This document shows, in pieces, positions 61,791 to 64,000 of a DNA stretch of 64,000 nucleotides. Numbering within the stretch: the stretch's first letter is position 1; every line of letters begins with the position of its first letter. The stretch is from assembly GCA_963769025.1 (NCBI GenBank), contig CAVYKI010000002.1:224001-288000 (forward strand), read 5' to 3'. The notes under the pieces were generated by a model, which was given only the letters and a program-made list of their open reading frames with translations, made no database searches and was not told the origin of the DNA. Made by a program: the position numbers and the translations under genes. Origin of the DNA: an uncultured Verrucomicrobiae bacterium. Its GTDB lineage: Bacteria > Verrucomicrobiota > Verrucomicrobiia > Chthoniobacterales > Chthoniobacteraceae.

Positions 61791-62132
61791 TCAGTCGAAC
61801 CACTCGTCCTTTTCGTCGAATGCCGGGACGACGAAATTGAGCACCTTCATTTTTCCCACGGCGCGGTGGCGACAGCCGGGGCGGATGATGACTGTGCTCA
61901 GCGGCTTCACCGGGATGCGTTCTCCGTCGAGCTCGATCCAGCCTTCGCCCTCGAGGATCACGTAGGTCTCCGTGAGCCGCCTGTGGTAGTGCGTGCGGGC
62001 GTCGGCGGAAATTTCGACGAGGTGCGTGGTGGCGAGCGCATTTTCCGGCGAGGCAAACGCGCGTCGCGACGTGCCGCAGGGGCAGGGGACACCGGGGACG
62101 GAATCGAGCTGTGCGAATTCGTAGCGTTGCAT
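61791..62132 (-). CDS. Cupin domain protein
   Basis: CPCG, HYH..TETY...G.G, PGCRHRA. Confidence 0.85.
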   Translation of the reverse strand: MQRYEFAQLDSVPGVPCPCGTSRRAFASPENALATTHLVEISADARTHYHRRLTETYVILEGEGWIELDGERIPVKPLSTVIIRPGCRHRAVGKMKVLNFVVPAFDEKDEWFD

Positions 62133-62220
62133 GGCGGGGAGCTTCCCAGCGGTGGGCGTTGGGAAAAGCGAAATCGCGCGGGGCTTGTCTTGCAGCCGCG
62201 CTGTCCCTATCCCGTGCCGG

Positions 62221-63381
62221 ATGTCCGCGGAAACGAAGTCCCTCTACAACGCGCGCAATTTTCTCCAGGCGCGTTGCACCCGCAACATCAGCCTCTGCGG
62301 TCCCGGCTCGGACAAGGACACGCGGCACATCGAGATTTCGCTCGCCGGCTCAGGCCTCACCTACGAGCCCGGCGACGCGCTCGCGGTGAAGCCGGTGAAT
62401 GACCCGCAGCTCGTGGAGCTCACTCTGGAGGCGCTCGGCTTTTCCGGCGATGAGCCGGTGAAGGTGAAGGACGTGGAGAAGCCCGTGCGCGAGGCGTTCT
62501 CCCGCGATTTCCAGATCCACTTCGCCGAGAAAAAATTCCTCGCGAAGCTCGCCGAAAAGGGCGCGGAGAAATTCGCGGCGCTCCTGCTGCCGGAAAATGC
62601 CGCCGCGCTTGCCGATTACACTTCCGGGTGGAACGCCTCGCGCGATTACGTGGACGTGCTGCGCGAATTTCCCGGCATCCGTTTCACGCCGCAGGAATTC
62701 ACCGACACGCTGCGCGGGCTCAACATCCGCCTTTACTCCATCGCGTCGTCGCTGAAGGCCCACCCGGAGCAGGTGGACCTCACCGTGGCCGCCGTCCGCT
62801 GGAACGCGCATGACCGCGCTCGCACCGGCGTGTGCTCCACCTTCCTCTGCGAGCGCTGGCCGGTCGGCGGCACCGCGGGCGTCTTCGGGCAGGTGCAGAA
62901 ACATTTCCGGATGCCCGAGAACCCGGACGCCCCGATGATCATGGTCGGGCCGGGCACGGGCGTCGCGCCGTTCCGCGCGTTTCTCGAGGAGCGCGAGGCG
63001 ACGGGGGCGAAGGGCAAGAACTGGCTGTTCTTCGGCGAGCGGCGTTCGTCGTCGGAGTTTTTCTACAGGGAGCAGTTCGAGGGCTGGATCAAGAGCGGCG
63101 TCCTCGAATGCCTCGACCTCGCGTGGTCGCGCGAGACCGCAGGGCGCAAGGAATACGTGCAGCACAGGATGCATGCGCAGGGGGCGCAGCTTTGGAAATG
63201 GATTGCCGATGGCGCGTATTTTTACGTCTGCGGCGACAAGGAGCGGATGGCCAAGGATGTGCATGAGGAACTCATCAGCATCGTCCACACCCACGGCGGA
63301 AAGTCGCCGGAAGACGCGCGCGCCTTTGTCGAGGAGGGCATGATGAAGACGGAGAAGCGCTACCGCCGCGACGTGTACTGA
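62221..63381 (+). CDS. CysJ-like FAD/NADPH-binding flavoprotein lacking a flavodoxin domain
   Basis: YEPGDAL, RLYSIAS, GVCSTFL, MVGPGTGVAPFR, YVQH, FYVCG, RYRRDVY. Confidence 0.85.
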   Translation: MSAETKSLYNARNFLQARCTRNISLCGPGSDKDTRHIEISLAGSGLTYEPGDALAVKPVNDPQLVELTLEALGFSGDEPVKVKDVEKPVREAFSRDFQIHFAEKKFLAKLAEKGAEKFAALLLPENAAALADYTSGWNASRDYVDVLREFPGIRFTPQEFTDTLRGLNIRLYSIASSLKAHPEQVDLTVAAVRWNAHDRARTGVCSTFLCERWPVGGTAGVFGQVQKHFRMPENPDAPMIMVGPGTGVAPFRAFLEEREATGAKGKNWLFFGERRSSSEFFYREQFEGWIKSGVLECLDLAWSRETAGRKEYVQHRMHAQGAQLWKWIADGAYFYVCGDKERMAKDVHEELISIVHTHGGKSPEDARAFVEEGMMKTEKRYRRDVY

Positions 63382-63396
63382 CGCCGGGAGCGGAAG

Positions 63397-63594
63397 CTAC
63401 CGCGGCGCGGGGGCCTGGTCCGGCACCTTTGCGGGCGGCTGGGTCGGGTCGTGCGGGGACTCGGACCGGTGCTTGGGGCGGGTCGCGAACCAGAGGATGG
63501 CGATGCAGGCCGACAGCAGGCCGAGGATCACCGCCGCGGCCTTCATTCCCTCGGCCGCATTCATCTTTCTGGGGATGCGTCTTGGAGGATTCAT
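63397..63594 (-). CDS. Small single-TM hypothetical protein
   Basis: ATGA overlap with the upstream esterase stop, one hydrophobic helix, Pro-rich tail. Confidence 0.55.
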   Translation of the reverse strand: MNPPRRIPRKMNAAEGMKAAAVILGLLSACIAILWFATRPKHRSESPHDPTQPPAKVPDQAPAPR

Positions 63595-64000
63595 TTCCGC
63601 AACGGCAGCCATGCGATGGCGCGCTCGATTTGTTCGTCCCAATATGCCCAGTCGTGTGCGCCGGGGCCTTCCTCGTAGTGGTGGCGGTAGCCGACGGCGT
63701 CGAGGTGGCTGTGAAATGCGCGGCTGTCGGCGAGGATGTCATCCTCGGTGCCGCAGCTCAGGTACACCGCCGGCTTCGGGCCGGACGATTCCGCGACGCG
63801 CTTCGCGAGAAAATGCAGATCGCTCGTGGTGCCCGTGGCATCCGCGCCCGCTCCGGCGATGGCGCCCCATTCCGCCTTGCTGAATGCGCGAGCCCGCCTT
63901 GCCCGAGTCGCGCAGCCGGCGGACGTAGTCGAGCGCGCCGCTGAAGCTCGCGACCGCCGCGAACCGTTCCGGGTGCGCGAGTGCGAGCCGCAGCGCGCCG
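63591..64000 (-). CDS. Esterase family alpha/beta hydrolase, 3' part, one +1 frameshift near 63885
   Basis: LALAHPERFAAVASFSGAL, then YLSCGTEDD...GPGAHDWAYW...WLPLRK-stop in the next frame. Confidence 0.8.
   Translation of the reverse strand, partial: ARCGSHSRTRNGSRRSRASAARSTTSAGCATRARRARAFSKAEWGAIAGAGADATGTTSDLHFLAKRVAESSGPKPAVYLSCGTEDDILADSRAFHSHLDAVGYRHHYEEGPGAHDWAYWDEQIERAIAWLPLRK

Overview
GC-rich bacterial chromosomal window. The gene set (PVC-type CxxCH dehydrogenase, PSD1/DUF1549-DUF1553 cytochrome, DUF1080, kinase-PEGA-FGE protein, UBact-proteasome genes) suggests Verrucomicrobiota, probably Chthoniobacterales-like; this is an inference and no database search was run. There are about 48 CDS and no recognisable rRNA, tRNA, CRISPR array, prophage or transposase. 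Highlights: (1) a compact ubact(RTGQ)-prcB-prcA prokaryotic ubiquitin-like/20S proteasome unit that starts at its own leaderless-type promoter, has no adjacent mpa/dop/pafA, and continues into an amidase and a Ser/Thr kinase; (2) a 10.7 kb, seven-gene ABC-2-like envelope system with two ATPases, three large permeases and two paralogous accessory proteins; (3) an AT-rich FRG-domain gene directly behind an RHH-PIN toxin-antitoxin pair downstream of dinG; (4) a CBM20-fused esterase with Gly in place of the catalytic Ser; (5) several short-period inverted-repeat families, including a GTAG-type REP doublet nested in another element and 7-mer repeats inside the PrcB propeptide. Four genes (dinG, an MFS transporter, a TIM-barrel protein and the terminal esterase) are broken by single-base insertions that look like long-read errors rather than biology. 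Product calls come from motif recognition by eye.
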